This document shows positions 8,277 through 17,074 of a stretch of DNA of 64,000 nt, one piece after another (within the stretch, counting starts at the first letter, position 1; each line of letters begins with the position of its first letter). The notes below the pieces were generated by a model. The model searched no databases. It worked only from the letters and a program-made list of their open reading frames with translations, and was not told the DNA's origin. The DNA lies in the NCBI GenBank assembly GCA_902554195.1, contig CACDNT010000001.1, forward strand, positions 7,756-71,755, read 5' to 3'. Source of the DNA: an uncultured Pelagibacteraceae bacterium (GTDB lineage Bacteria > Pseudomonadota > Alphaproteobacteria > Pelagibacterales > Pelagibacteraceae). The position numbers and the translations under genes were made by a program.

Positions 8277-9071
8277 ATGGCATACGAAAGAAAGTTTAAA
8301 ATAGGAAAGCCAATATTAGAGGTGAATAATATTTCACTCGCCTTTGGAGGTGTTAAGGCTATCACTGATACATCATTTAATGTTCTTGAGCACGAGGTTA
8401 GGGCGATAATCGGACCTAATGGGGCTGGAAAAAGCTCAATGTTAAACTGTATTAATGGAATTTATAAGCCCCAACAAGGAACTGTATCTTTTAGAGGACA
8501 AGTAGTACCTAATATAACCCCGAATATTATGGCTCAAATGGGTCTATCTAGAACATTTCAAAACTTAGCTCTATTTAAAAGAATGTCAGTACTGGATAAT
8601 ATTCTAGTAGGTAGAAAACTTCACACAAAAACAAATTTCCTTGAGGTAGCTTTACAACTACCAAAAGTAAAAAAAGAGGAAAAATTAAATAGAGAGCGAT
8701 CAGAAGAAATAATAAGTTTTTTAGAGATAGAAGACATTAAAGACACTCCTGTTGGAAAACTTCCTTATGGATTACAAAAAAAAGTTGAATTAGGCCGAGC
8801 TCTTGCGACTGACTCCTCAATAATTCTATTGGATGAGCCAATGGCAGGGATGAATGTCGAAGAAAAGAGAGATATGTGTAGATTTATTTTAAAGGTAAAC
8901 GATGAACTTGGTACTACAATGGTTTTAATTGAGCATGATATGGGAGTGGTAATGGATATATCTGATAGAGTTGTTGTGCTTGATTACGGCAAGGTTATTG
9001 GTGATGGAACACCTGATGAAATAATGGCAAACCAAAAAGTAATAGATGCTTACTTAGGAGTGGAACACTAG
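8277..9071 (+). CDS. ABC ATP-binding protein, LivG-like
   Basis: FGGVKA, GPNGAGKSS, RTFQN, LPYGLQK, LLDEPMAG, IEHDM and AYLG. Confidence 0.93.
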   Translation: MAYERKFKIGKPILEVNNISLAFGGVKAITDTSFNVLEHEVRAIIGPNGAGKSSMLNCINGIYKPQQGTVSFRGQVVPNITPNIMAQMGLSRTFQNLALFKRMSVLDNILVGRKLHTKTNFLEVALQLPKVKKEEKLNRERSEEIISFLEIEDIKDTPVGKLPYGLQKKVELGRALATDSSIILLDEPMAGMNVEEKRDMCRFILKVNDELGTTMVLIEHDMGVVMDISDRVVVLDYGKVIGDGTPDEIMANQKVIDAYLGVEH

Positions 9072-9080
9072 GATTATAAT

Positions 9081-9989
9081 ATGGCAAATGAATTATTATT
9101 TTTTATGGAAGTTCTGGTTGGTGGACTACTTGCTGGTACAATGTATTCTTTAGTTGCTTTAGGATTTGTTCTTATTTTTAAAGCTTCAGCAACATTTAAC
9201 TTTTCACAAGGAGCTATGGTTTTTTTCTCAGTGCTTGCTTTTTGTGGTTTCATGCAAGATTTTAACATACCTTTTGTACTCGCGTTTATTCTAGCTGCTT
9301 TTTTGATGGTAGTAGTTGGTTTATGCACTGAAAGATTGGTTTTAAGACCTTTGATGAATGCTAGCGAAGACACAGTGTTAATGGCAACAATTGGCTTAGG
9401 ATATGTTTTAGAGGGACTTGCTCAAGCAGCATGGGGAGTAGAAGTAAGAAGATTAGATTTAGGTATAGGAGATTTTCCAGTGCCATGGATCGCAGATAAT
9501 TTAAAATTATTTATTAGTGCACTTGATATCACAGCTGGATTAGTTGCAGCTATAATGATTATCGGTCTATTTTTATTGTTCAAATACACAAAAATTGGAT
9601 TAGGTTTGAGGGCTGTTGCAGATGATGCAGGTGCAGCAAGTTCTATAGGAATTCCTTTAAAACATATAATGTTATTAGTTTGGTCTGCTGCAGGTGTTGT
9701 AGCTTTAGTAGCTGGAATGATGTGGGGAGCAAGAGCTGGTGTTCAATTTGCTCTTGTTGATCTTGCATTAAAAGCTTTGCCAGTTTTAATTATAGGTGGA
9801 TTCTCGTCTATACCAGGAGCAATTATTGGAGGGTTAATTATTGGTGCAGTAGAAAAAATATTAGAGGTTTATATTGGACCGTTTTTTGGAGGAGCTATTG
9901 AAGGATGGGCTCCATATGTATTAGCGATATTCTTTTTATTATATAGACCAGAGGGTTTATTTGGAGAAAAAATTATTAGGAGAGTTTAA
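9081..9989 (+). CDS. ABC permease, LivH-like
   Basis: YSLVALGFVLIF..NFSQG, GLGLRAVADD and RPEGLFG; polytopic membrane protein. Confidence 0.92.
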   Translation: MANELLFFMEVLVGGLLAGTMYSLVALGFVLIFKASATFNFSQGAMVFFSVLAFCGFMQDFNIPFVLAFILAAFLMVVVGLCTERLVLRPLMNASEDTVLMATIGLGYVLEGLAQAAWGVEVRRLDLGIGDFPVPWIADNLKLFISALDITAGLVAAIMIIGLFLLFKYTKIGLGLRAVADDAGAASSIGIPLKHIMLLVWSAAGVVALVAGMMWGARAGVQFALVDLALKALPVLIIGGFSSIPGAIIGGLIIGAVEKILEVYIGPFFGGAIEGWAPYVLAIFFLLYRPEGLFGEKIIRRV

Positions 9990-9992
9990 TTT

Positions 9993-11060
9993 ATGAAACC
10001 AATTTTTATGACTTACACAAAAAAAGACCTAATCAACTTAGCTGTTTGTATGGTTTTGAGTGTATTAATAATACCCACATTCATTAAAACAGAGTATTGG
10101 TACACTTCCATATTAATTCCTTGGCTTTGCCTAGCTTTAGCTACTATTGGACAACAAATTGTAATGGGGTATACGGGACAATTAGCTTTGGGTGCTGCCG
10201 GGTTTATGGCCGCGGGTGCTTTCGCGATGTTTAATCTCATTTTACGAGTGCCTGATCTTGGTTTCGTCGGCTCACTAATAGTTTCGGGTTTAATTGCTGC
10301 AGCTTTTGGAATTTTGTTTGGTTTACCAAGTTTAAAAGTAAGAGGAATTTATCTTATGGTTGCAACATTAGCCTCGCAGTTTTTTATTATATGGATGATA
10401 GATAAATTTGGATGGTTTAAAAACTATGACTCTTCAGGGATTATAACAGCACAAGACATAGTAATCTTAGGAAAACCATTTACAACACCATTAGCTATGT
10501 ATTTTGTATGTTTAGCTGTAACCACGATTTTAACTTTATTGGCTATGAATATGGCAAGAGGAAGTACAGGCAGAAATTGGATGGCAGTTAGAGATATGGA
10601 TATTGCTGCTGAGTCCATGGGAGTTTCATTATTAAGAACTAAAGTTCAAGCATTTGCTATTAGTGCATTTTATTGTGGTGTAGCTGGTGCTCTTTTTGCA
10701 TTTTGTTATCTAAAATCTTTAGAGCCAGTTGCTTTTGATATTAAGTTATCTTTTAAAATCTTATTCATGTGCATTCTTGGGGGACTTGGGACTATTAATG
10801 GTGCTTTTATAGGAGCAGCATTTATTTTGCTTTTTCCAGTTCTTTTAAATGCTATAGGAAACAATGTATTTCATGGAGCTATTGATGCTACAATTATTTC
10901 ATCAATCGAACAGGTAATATTTGGTCTGTTGATGATAGTATTTATGATTTATGAGCCTTTAGGAATGGCTAAGCTTTGGGAAAATCTTAAGCAAAGTATG
11001 AAATCAAAATTATCTTCATCGCGTATTAAAGGTGTAAAATCTCCAGTACTAAAAAAGTGA
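9993..11060 (+). CDS. ABC permease, LivM-like
   Basis: GYTGQLALG..FMA, PSLKVRGIYL..ATLA, GRNWMAVRD and EPLGM. Confidence 0.92.
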   Translation: MKPIFMTYTKKDLINLAVCMVLSVLIIPTFIKTEYWYTSILIPWLCLALATIGQQIVMGYTGQLALGAAGFMAAGAFAMFNLILRVPDLGFVGSLIVSGLIAAAFGILFGLPSLKVRGIYLMVATLASQFFIIWMIDKFGWFKNYDSSGIITAQDIVILGKPFTTPLAMYFVCLAVTTILTLLAMNMARGSTGRNWMAVRDMDIAAESMGVSLLRTKVQAFAISAFYCGVAGALFAFCYLKSLEPVAFDIKLSFKILFMCILGGLGTINGAFIGAAFILLFPVLLNAIGNNVFHGAIDATIISSIEQVIFGLLMIVFMIYEPLGMAKLWENLKQSMKSKLSSSRIKGVKSPVLKK

Positions 11061-11140
11061 ATAAGAAGAAATTAATTATAGCATTAGCAATAGGAATATT
11101 AATAGGTCTTCTTATTGAAAATAATTTTATAATTTCATAA
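11057..11140 (+). CDS. Putative 27-aa single-pass membrane peptide (unannotated small ORF)
   Basis: GTG start overlaps the livM-like TGA stop (GTGA); translates MNKKKLIIALAIGILIGLLIENNFIIS*. Confidence 0.5.
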   Translation: MNKKKLIIALAIGILIGLLIENNFIIS

Positions 11141-11143
11141 AAA

Positions 11144-11608
11144 TTATTTTTGGCTTGGATAAGATTTTTTCAAAATAAATTTGTTAACAATTATTGCAAA
11201 AATAATAATTATAACTGATCCTGATATAACAGGACTTAACAAGTAATCAAAAGAGACGCTACCAATAATTACTATTATGGGATTACCTCCTGCAGGTGGA
11301 TGGGTAACATTTAATAAGATCATCAACCCAACTCCAAATCCTACTGCTAATGGTATTGTTAAAAAGATTGGTAATGGAACAAAATATAAAAATAGTAAAC
11401 CTACAATAGCTGTAACCAAATGACCAAAAAAAACATTTTTTGGTTGAGCAAACGGACTTTCAGGATATCCATAAAGTAAAACCATAGATGATCCAAATGA
11501 GGCTATCAGAAAGATCCCAAATTCTGTTCTATAAGTTAAGAAAGTTAAAATTCCAATTGTAATTATTGAAAATAAACCAGCTAAAAGAGATTGTTTAAGA
11601 TTACCCAT
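11144..11608 (-). CDS. HPP family membrane protein
   Basis: ASFGSS.VLLYG.P.SPFAQPKNV..GH and THPPAGG signatures. Confidence 0.92.
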   Translation of the reverse strand: MGNLKQSLLAGLFSIITIGILTFLTYRTEFGIFLIASFGSSMVLLYGYPESPFAQPKNVFFGHLVTAIVGLLFLYFVPLPIFLTIPLAVGFGVGLMILLNVTHPPAGGNPIIVIIGSVSFDYLLSPVISGSVIIIIFAIIVNKFILKKSYPSQK

Positions 11609-11611
11609 AAT

Positions 11612-12010
11612 TTAGTTTGATACTATCTTTTTTAAAGTTTTGAAAGGTAACAATATACAATCCTTTTTATTAACATTCTTCTTTTTGATTAATTTTTTCA
11701 AAGAATTCCATTTTTTATCTGTAATTTTAATATCATCATTAAAATATGATTCAGCCCTATCACATAAATCGTTAATTTTTTCTTTTTGATTATTAATGGA
11801 AATTTTTGATAACAGACTAGCTGATGCTTGGCAGTATACACAAGATTTACCTTGATACCCAAAGTCTAAAATTTTTTCGTTTTTTAATACAAGCTCTATT
11901 TGCATTTCATCTCCGCATACTGAATTTTTTAACTTTGAGACATGTGTCCGGTTCTCAATATTTCTATTGTTATCTGTGTTTGCAGCAATACTTAGTACTT
12001 CTAAATCCAT
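11612..12010 (-). CDS. IscU/SufU (NifU-N) family Fe-S scaffold-like protein
   Basis: KNSVCGD, SCVYCQASAS and CILLP. Start probably ATG 12010 (ORF track extends to 12043). Confidence 0.82.
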   Translation of the reverse strand: MDLEVLSIAANTDNNRNIENRTHVSKLKNSVCGDEMQIELVLKNEKILDFGYQGKSCVYCQASASLLSKISINNQKEKINDLCDRAESYFNDDIKITDKKWNSLKKLIKKKNVNKKDCILLPFKTLKKIVSN

Positions 12011-12151
12011 ATTAATTTTAATTACATGACAAATAAAAACCAATCAAGAATAGAAATAGGCTGAACACAACTTTAAATGGAAATGTTAAATTGCACATTA
12101 AACTATCTCATTTTTGTTGTAGTTATAAATTTTTAGATTTAATCTTCCTAG

Positions 12152-13057
12152 ATGCTTGAATTAAAAAATCCAAAAATCGCAGTTCCAGTAGTTTTGTTTG
12201 CCGGAATTTTATGGTCTTTTGGCCCTCTTGTTGTGAGATATATGGATAATCCTAACCAAGTGCCGTGGCAATATATTTTTGGAAGAGGATTAACAATTTT
12301 TATTTTATTAAATCTTTATCTTTATTTTGAAGAGGGGTTCAAATTTTATAAAAATTATTTGAAGATGGGATACTCAGGTATTATTGGTGGAACTGGATTA
12401 GGAATTGCTATGATAAGTTTTATTTATTCAATTACTAATACATCAGCTGCAATTACACTACTTTGTTTGGCTGCAATGCCTTTTTTTACTGCACTTCTTG
12501 CTTTTTTATTTCTTAATGAAAAAATTTCATTAAATGTTTGGATCTCTATTTTTATTGCAACAGTAGGAATAATAATAATGGCTTTTGGAAGTACTGGATC
12601 CAATTCTGTTGTTGGTTTTATTTTTGGAATGCTTTCATCAATTGGTTTTTCTGTTTTTTCTGTAACTCTTAGGTGGAGAACGGAGACCCCAAAATTTACA
12701 ACTGTAGCTTTTTCAGGATTTTTTTGTTTTGTCTTCGCATCAATAATGCTTTTGATTACAAACCAAGTATTTTTTTCAACTAGTTATAATGGAGCGTTAT
12801 TTTCTCTTCATGGAACATTAGTTTGCTTGGGACTAATTTTATATTCTATTGGCTCAAAAGCTATTCCTGCTGCAGAATTAACATTACTATCATTGACCGA
12901 AGTAATTGGTGGAATTTTTTGGGTTTGGTTACCTATCTTGGGCATAAATGAAGTGCCCGATACTTACACTATAGTTGGAGGATTTTTTCTATTTATTTCA
13001 TTAGTCTATTACAGTTTAGTAATGCGTTGGAATAAAAGATTTATAGCTTTAAATTAA
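12152..13057 (+). CDS. DMT/EamA family transporter
   Basis: About 10 TM segments in two repeats; P.FTALLAFLFLNEK and IPAAEL.LL.L.E. Confidence 0.9.
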   Translation: MLELKNPKIAVPVVLFAGILWSFGPLVVRYMDNPNQVPWQYIFGRGLTIFILLNLYLYFEEGFKFYKNYLKMGYSGIIGGTGLGIAMISFIYSITNTSAAITLLCLAAMPFFTALLAFLFLNEKISLNVWISIFIATVGIIIMAFGSTGSNSVVGFIFGMLSSIGFSVFSVTLRWRTETPKFTTVAFSGFFCFVFASIMLLITNQVFFSTSYNGALFSLHGTLVCLGLILYSIGSKAIPAAELTLLSLTEVIGGIFWVWLPILGINEVPDTYTIVGGFFLFISLVYYSLVMRWNKRFIALN

Positions 13058-13066
13058 TCTAGAAAT

Positions 13067-14188
13067 ATGAGTAAAGATAAAGTTATTGTTAATAGCTGGA
13101 ATGAGTGGGATCCACTAAAACACGTTATTGTTGGAAGAGCGGATGGTTGTTGTATACCAGCACCAGAACCTGCTTTAGATGCTAAAGTACCTGAAGATTC
13201 AGATATGAAAGGTTCTCATGGACCACGTACTAAAGATACAATTGATAAAGCAAATGAATTACTAAACAATTTTGCATCAATGTTGGAAAAAAGAGGAATT
13301 AAAGTTGATCGACCTGTTCCACTTAATCATAATCAAAAGATTTCTACTCCAGATTGGGAAGTTGAAAGTATGTTTGGATGCATGCCAGCGAGAGATATCA
13401 TACTTACTGTTGGCAATGAAATGCTCGAAGCAACAATGAGTTATAGATGTAGATGGTTTGAATATTTAAACTATAGACCTCTTATAAAAAAATATTTTGA
13501 ACAAGATAAGAATATGCGTCATGAGACTGCTCCAAAGCCTAGATTAACAGATGCTGATTACCGTGAGGATTATTTGTCAGATAAGATTGGAATTCAAAAG
13601 AGACTTAAATGGACGGAAGAAAAATTTTTTGTAACAACTGAAGAAGAGCCCTTATTTGATGCAGCAGATATTCTTAGATTTGGAAAGGACCTGGTTGTTC
13701 AACATGGTTTTACAACAAACTTAAAGGGAATTGATTGGCTTAAAAGACATTTTAAAGATCATAGAGTTCATGCAGTTAATTTTCCTGGAGATCCTTACCC
13801 AATTCATATAGACGCAACCTTTACGCCAATTAAAGAAGGATTAATTATTAATAATCCTCAAAGAAGACTTCCAAAAGAACAAAGAAAATTATTTGAGGAC
13901 AACGGATGGAAAATAATCGATAGTGCTCAACCTGCTCATAACGAACCACCCCCACTTTGTTATTCATCAGTATGGTTATCAATGAATGTTTTAGTTCTTG
14001 ATCCAAAAACAGTTTGTGTTGAAAAAAGTGAAGTTTATCAAGCTGAGCAGTTGGATAAATTAGGAATGGAAGTTGTTCCTGTTGAATTGAGAGAAGCATA
14101 TGCATTTGGCGGTGGCGTTCATTGTTGCACAGCTGATGTTTATAGAGAGGGTGATTTAAAGGATTATTTTCCTAATCAGAAAAATTAA
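13067..14188 (+). CDS. Amidinotransferase (glycine amidinotransferase/StrB1-like)
   Basis: NSWNEWDPL..VIVG, PARD, FDAAD, HIDAT, SVWLSMN and GGGVHCCT give the Asp-His-Cys triad of the pentein fold. Confidence 0.9.
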   Translation: MSKDKVIVNSWNEWDPLKHVIVGRADGCCIPAPEPALDAKVPEDSDMKGSHGPRTKDTIDKANELLNNFASMLEKRGIKVDRPVPLNHNQKISTPDWEVESMFGCMPARDIILTVGNEMLEATMSYRCRWFEYLNYRPLIKKYFEQDKNMRHETAPKPRLTDADYREDYLSDKIGIQKRLKWTEEKFFVTTEEEPLFDAADILRFGKDLVVQHGFTTNLKGIDWLKRHFKDHRVHAVNFPGDPYPIHIDATFTPIKEGLIINNPQRRLPKEQRKLFEDNGWKIIDSAQPAHNEPPPLCYSSVWLSMNVLVLDPKTVCVEKSEVYQAEQLDKLGMEVVPVELREAYAFGGGVHCCTADVYREGDLKDYFPNQKN

Positions 14189-14922
14189 TTTTCTTTTGTA
14201 ACGTCTATTTTAAATTTTTCTAATCCAGAGGAAAGATTCTTATCAACTGAAGTCTCTTTTTTTTCAAAAGATTGAAGTTTTTCTAATTCTTTTTGTCTTA
14301 ATCTTTCCTCTCTTAAATTTTCTCTATGTTCTTTTGCTTTTTGTTCTCTATCAAATTTTTCTTCCCATTCTTTTATTTTGATGTACTCAAGCTCTTTCTG
14401 TTTTTCCTCCTCTACCTTAATCATTTTTAAGGTTCTCTCTTTTCTTCTTTTTTCTTTAAGCTCGAGGTTTCTTTGCTCTTCTTCTCTAACTTTTAAATCA
14501 ATATCTCTTCTATTTTGTGCTTCATCTCTAAGCTTTAATTCCTTTTCTTTAGCTCTTAATTCCTTACTTATTAGTACTAATTCTTCATCTTTTTTTACCA
14601 ATCGCGACGCCTCAAGCTTTTGTGCATCATCTTTAATTTTGATCTCTTTTTCTTTTAATCTCAATTCATCCTCACTAAATTTTAATTTATTACTTTCTTT
14701 TATAAGTCTTTCTTCCCAAACTTTAAGATCTTTTCGTTCTTTAAGAATTTGATTTTTCTCTTTTAATTTTTCTAATTTGATAGCTTTAATTTTATTAAGT
14801 TCTTTATTTTTTTTATAATTAGAGAAAGCATTACTTAAAAAAGATTTAGGAGTTAGGTTACTAATCTTTACTAACCCAGTACTTTTTTTTGAATTTTTTT
14901 GTTTAGTTTTTTTTCTAGGCAT
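14185..14922 (-). CDS. Hypothetical K/E-rich coiled-coil protein with internal repeats
   Basis: 245-aa ORF with a basic N-terminus and long charged helical runs; no recognisable catalytic motif. Confidence 0.75.
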   Translation of the reverse strand: MPRKKTKQKNSKKSTGLVKISNLTPKSFLSNAFSNYKKNKELNKIKAIKLEKLKEKNQILKERKDLKVWEERLIKESNKLKFSEDELRLKEKEIKIKDDAQKLEASRLVKKDEELVLISKELRAKEKELKLRDEAQNRRDIDLKVREEEQRNLELKEKRRKERTLKMIKVEEEKQKELEYIKIKEWEEKFDREQKAKEHRENLREERLRQKELEKLQSFEKKETSVDKNLSSGLEKFKIDVTKEN

Positions 14923-15095
14923 TTTTTATAATTTGAATAGAAACAAATATTTGACCTATTTTCAATATTTCAGTTTTGTAATGAGGTAATTTGTGCTTAT
15001 TTTGAGTTTCAACCTGTAAGTGATTAATTTCTGAAATATCTGTTAAAATTCATAATTTTTTTGCATAAAACAAATCTAAATATTATTAAAGTTAA

Positions 15096-15731
15096 GTGAG
15101 AAAATTTAAAAAATTAATAATAGCTTGTGATGGAGAGTCAGCAAGTGGAAAAAGCACGGCCGCAAAACTCATCTCTAAAAAATACAAATTATTACTTATT
15201 AATTCAGGGTTATTATATAGATATGCAAGTAAAGAAATCATTAATTATAAACCAAAGAACAGTATTAATTTTTTAAAAAAAAGATTTAAAAATATTTCTT
15301 ATAAAAAAATAGTAAAATTAAATTTACACTCTGAACAAATTAGTAACCATGCTGCTATAATAGCTAAAAATAAGAACATCCGAAAAATAATAAATACTTT
15401 TCAAAAGACATTAATCAAAAGAAATAAAAAGATTTGTGTTGAGGGTAGAGATATAGCTAGTAAAATATTAGCAAAAAATCCAAAATATGATTTAGCTTTT
15501 TACTTTAAGTGCAATATTAAAGTTGCAAGTTATAGAAGATGGTTAGATATCAAAAAGAAGGTTTCTCTACAAAATGTTAGAAAATCTTTAATTAAAAGAA
15601 CTGCAATGGATAAAAAAAGAAAGAATAGTCCACTGGTCAAAGTAAAAGATGCAATTTTGATACGAACAGACAAATTAACTAAAAAGCAAGTTCTATCTAA
15701 AATGTCTGAGCATATAGATAGTCTTAATTAA
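15096..15731 (+). CDS. cmk: Cytidylate kinase
   Basis: IACDGESASGKST P-loop, NSGLLYR, VEGRDI and SPLVK..DAI.I.TD; GTG start. Confidence 0.88.
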   Translation: MRKFKKLIIACDGESASGKSTAAKLISKKYKLLLINSGLLYRYASKEIINYKPKNSINFLKKRFKNISYKKIVKLNLHSEQISNHAAIIAKNKNIRKIINTFQKTLIKRNKKICVEGRDIASKILAKNPKYDLAFYFKCNIKVASYRRWLDIKKKVSLQNVRKSLIKRTAMDKKRKNSPLVKVKDAILIRTDKLTKKQVLSKMSEHIDSLN

Positions 15732-15741
15732 TTTCTCTATT

Positions 15742-17016
15742 TTAATCTTTAATCGGCTCCTCAATAGGTTCTGTTGTAGGATTTAATTCGATCCCAGCTG
15801 GTGTAATTGTTTGTGGCATTGCTACAAATTGAGAATCTGGATTTTCCACAGTTTCTCTAATTCTCATTCTATAAATTCCAAAAGCTCCTATTAAAGAATG
15901 AAAGAAAAATAAAAAAACAAAAAATCCATTAGAGCCAACAAGATCCATAAATATTGAACATAAAAAAGGACCACTCATTGCACCTAAACCAAATGTAAAT
16001 TGAAGTCCAGCACCTGCAGCAACAAATTTATCTTTTGTAATATAATCATTAGTATGTGCAAGAATTAATGAAAACATTGGCAAACTGCAAAAAGAAAATA
16101 AAATAAAAAAAAAGTAAAACCATTTCTTACTTGTTGCTAATCCATCAGGTAAATACATTTGCCCAGAAACAAATATTGTGATGACCGCAAAAACTGCAGC
16201 CCCGAAAGTTGATGAAATAATTACTTTTCTTCTATCATAAACATCGGAAATTTTTCCTATAGGAAATTGAGCAACCGCACCAGAAATTGCTAGTAAAAAA
16301 GTTATAATTGATATTTCTAAAATAGTGAAATTCATTGATGTTGCATAAACCGCCAGCAAGGTGAATAAAGCAGACTGAATTGTTCCATAGAAAAAAGAAC
16401 TTACCATTCCAAAGGGTGAAGATTTATAAAGTTCACTAAATGACATAGCGTTAATTTTTTTAAAAGTTGGTGGTTTTTTTTTAGTAAGCAAAATAGGTAT
16501 TAATGCCACTGAAGTGATCACAGAAACTAATATAAAAGGTTCAAAATTTTTTGGAGCACTGAAGTTTAGCAAAAACATACCGATCCCCATTGATCCATAT
16601 AGAATCACCATATAAATTGATAGAACACTTCCTCTATTTTTATTACTGGATCTATCATTAAGCCAACTCTCAGCAACAGTATAAATACAAACCATGCTAA
16701 TTCCAGTCAGAATTCTTAGTAAGAACCATATAAATGGATGAATTAAAATTGAGTGAAGTAAAATTATTAATGATGCTAAAGATGCGAAAGCTGCAAAAAC
16801 TCTAATATGACCAACTCTTGAAATTATATTTGGAATAGTTGCTGCTCCTATAAAATATCCTATAAAATAACCAGACATCATAAAACCAGTTGCTATTAAA
16901 CTAAATTCTTCCTGAACAGCTCTCACCCCAAGTAATGACCCCTGAAAACCGTAGGCCATCATTATAAATCCCATACCTAAAAACAATGCCCAAGAATTCT
17001 TTAAAACTTTATTCAT
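15742..17016 (-). CDS. MFS transporter (YcaD-like)
   Basis: About 12 TM segments; RVGHIRVFA, ESWLN, RG..LS.Y and G..SD..DRR. Confidence 0.88.
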   Translation of the reverse strand: MNKVLKNSWALFLGMGFIMMAYGFQGSLLGVRAVQEEFSLIATGFMMSGYFIGYFIGAATIPNIISRVGHIRVFAAFASLASLIILLHSILIHPFIWFLLRILTGISMVCIYTVAESWLNDRSSNKNRGSVLSIYMVILYGSMGIGMFLLNFSAPKNFEPFILVSVITSVALIPILLTKKKPPTFKKINAMSFSELYKSSPFGMVSSFFYGTIQSALFTLLAVYATSMNFTILEISIITFLLAISGAVAQFPIGKISDVYDRRKVIISSTFGAAVFAVITIFVSGQMYLPDGLATSKKWFYFFFILFSFCSLPMFSLILAHTNDYITKDKFVAAGAGLQFTFGLGAMSGPFLCSIFMDLVGSNGFFVFLFFFHSLIGAFGIYRMRIRETVENPDSQFVAMPQTITPAGIELNPTTEPIEEPIKD

Positions 17017-17074
17017 AAAATCGCGCTAATTATCCGCCATCTATTATTAAATCAAGACTTAATTGTGACGGAGA

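Noticed and set aside
14185-14922. Treating the repetitive purine-skewed DNA as a non-coding tandem repeat or CRISPR-like array
   Set aside because: The repeats are degenerate, in frame and fully explained by K/E-rich coiled-coil coding; there is no identical repeat-spacer structure.
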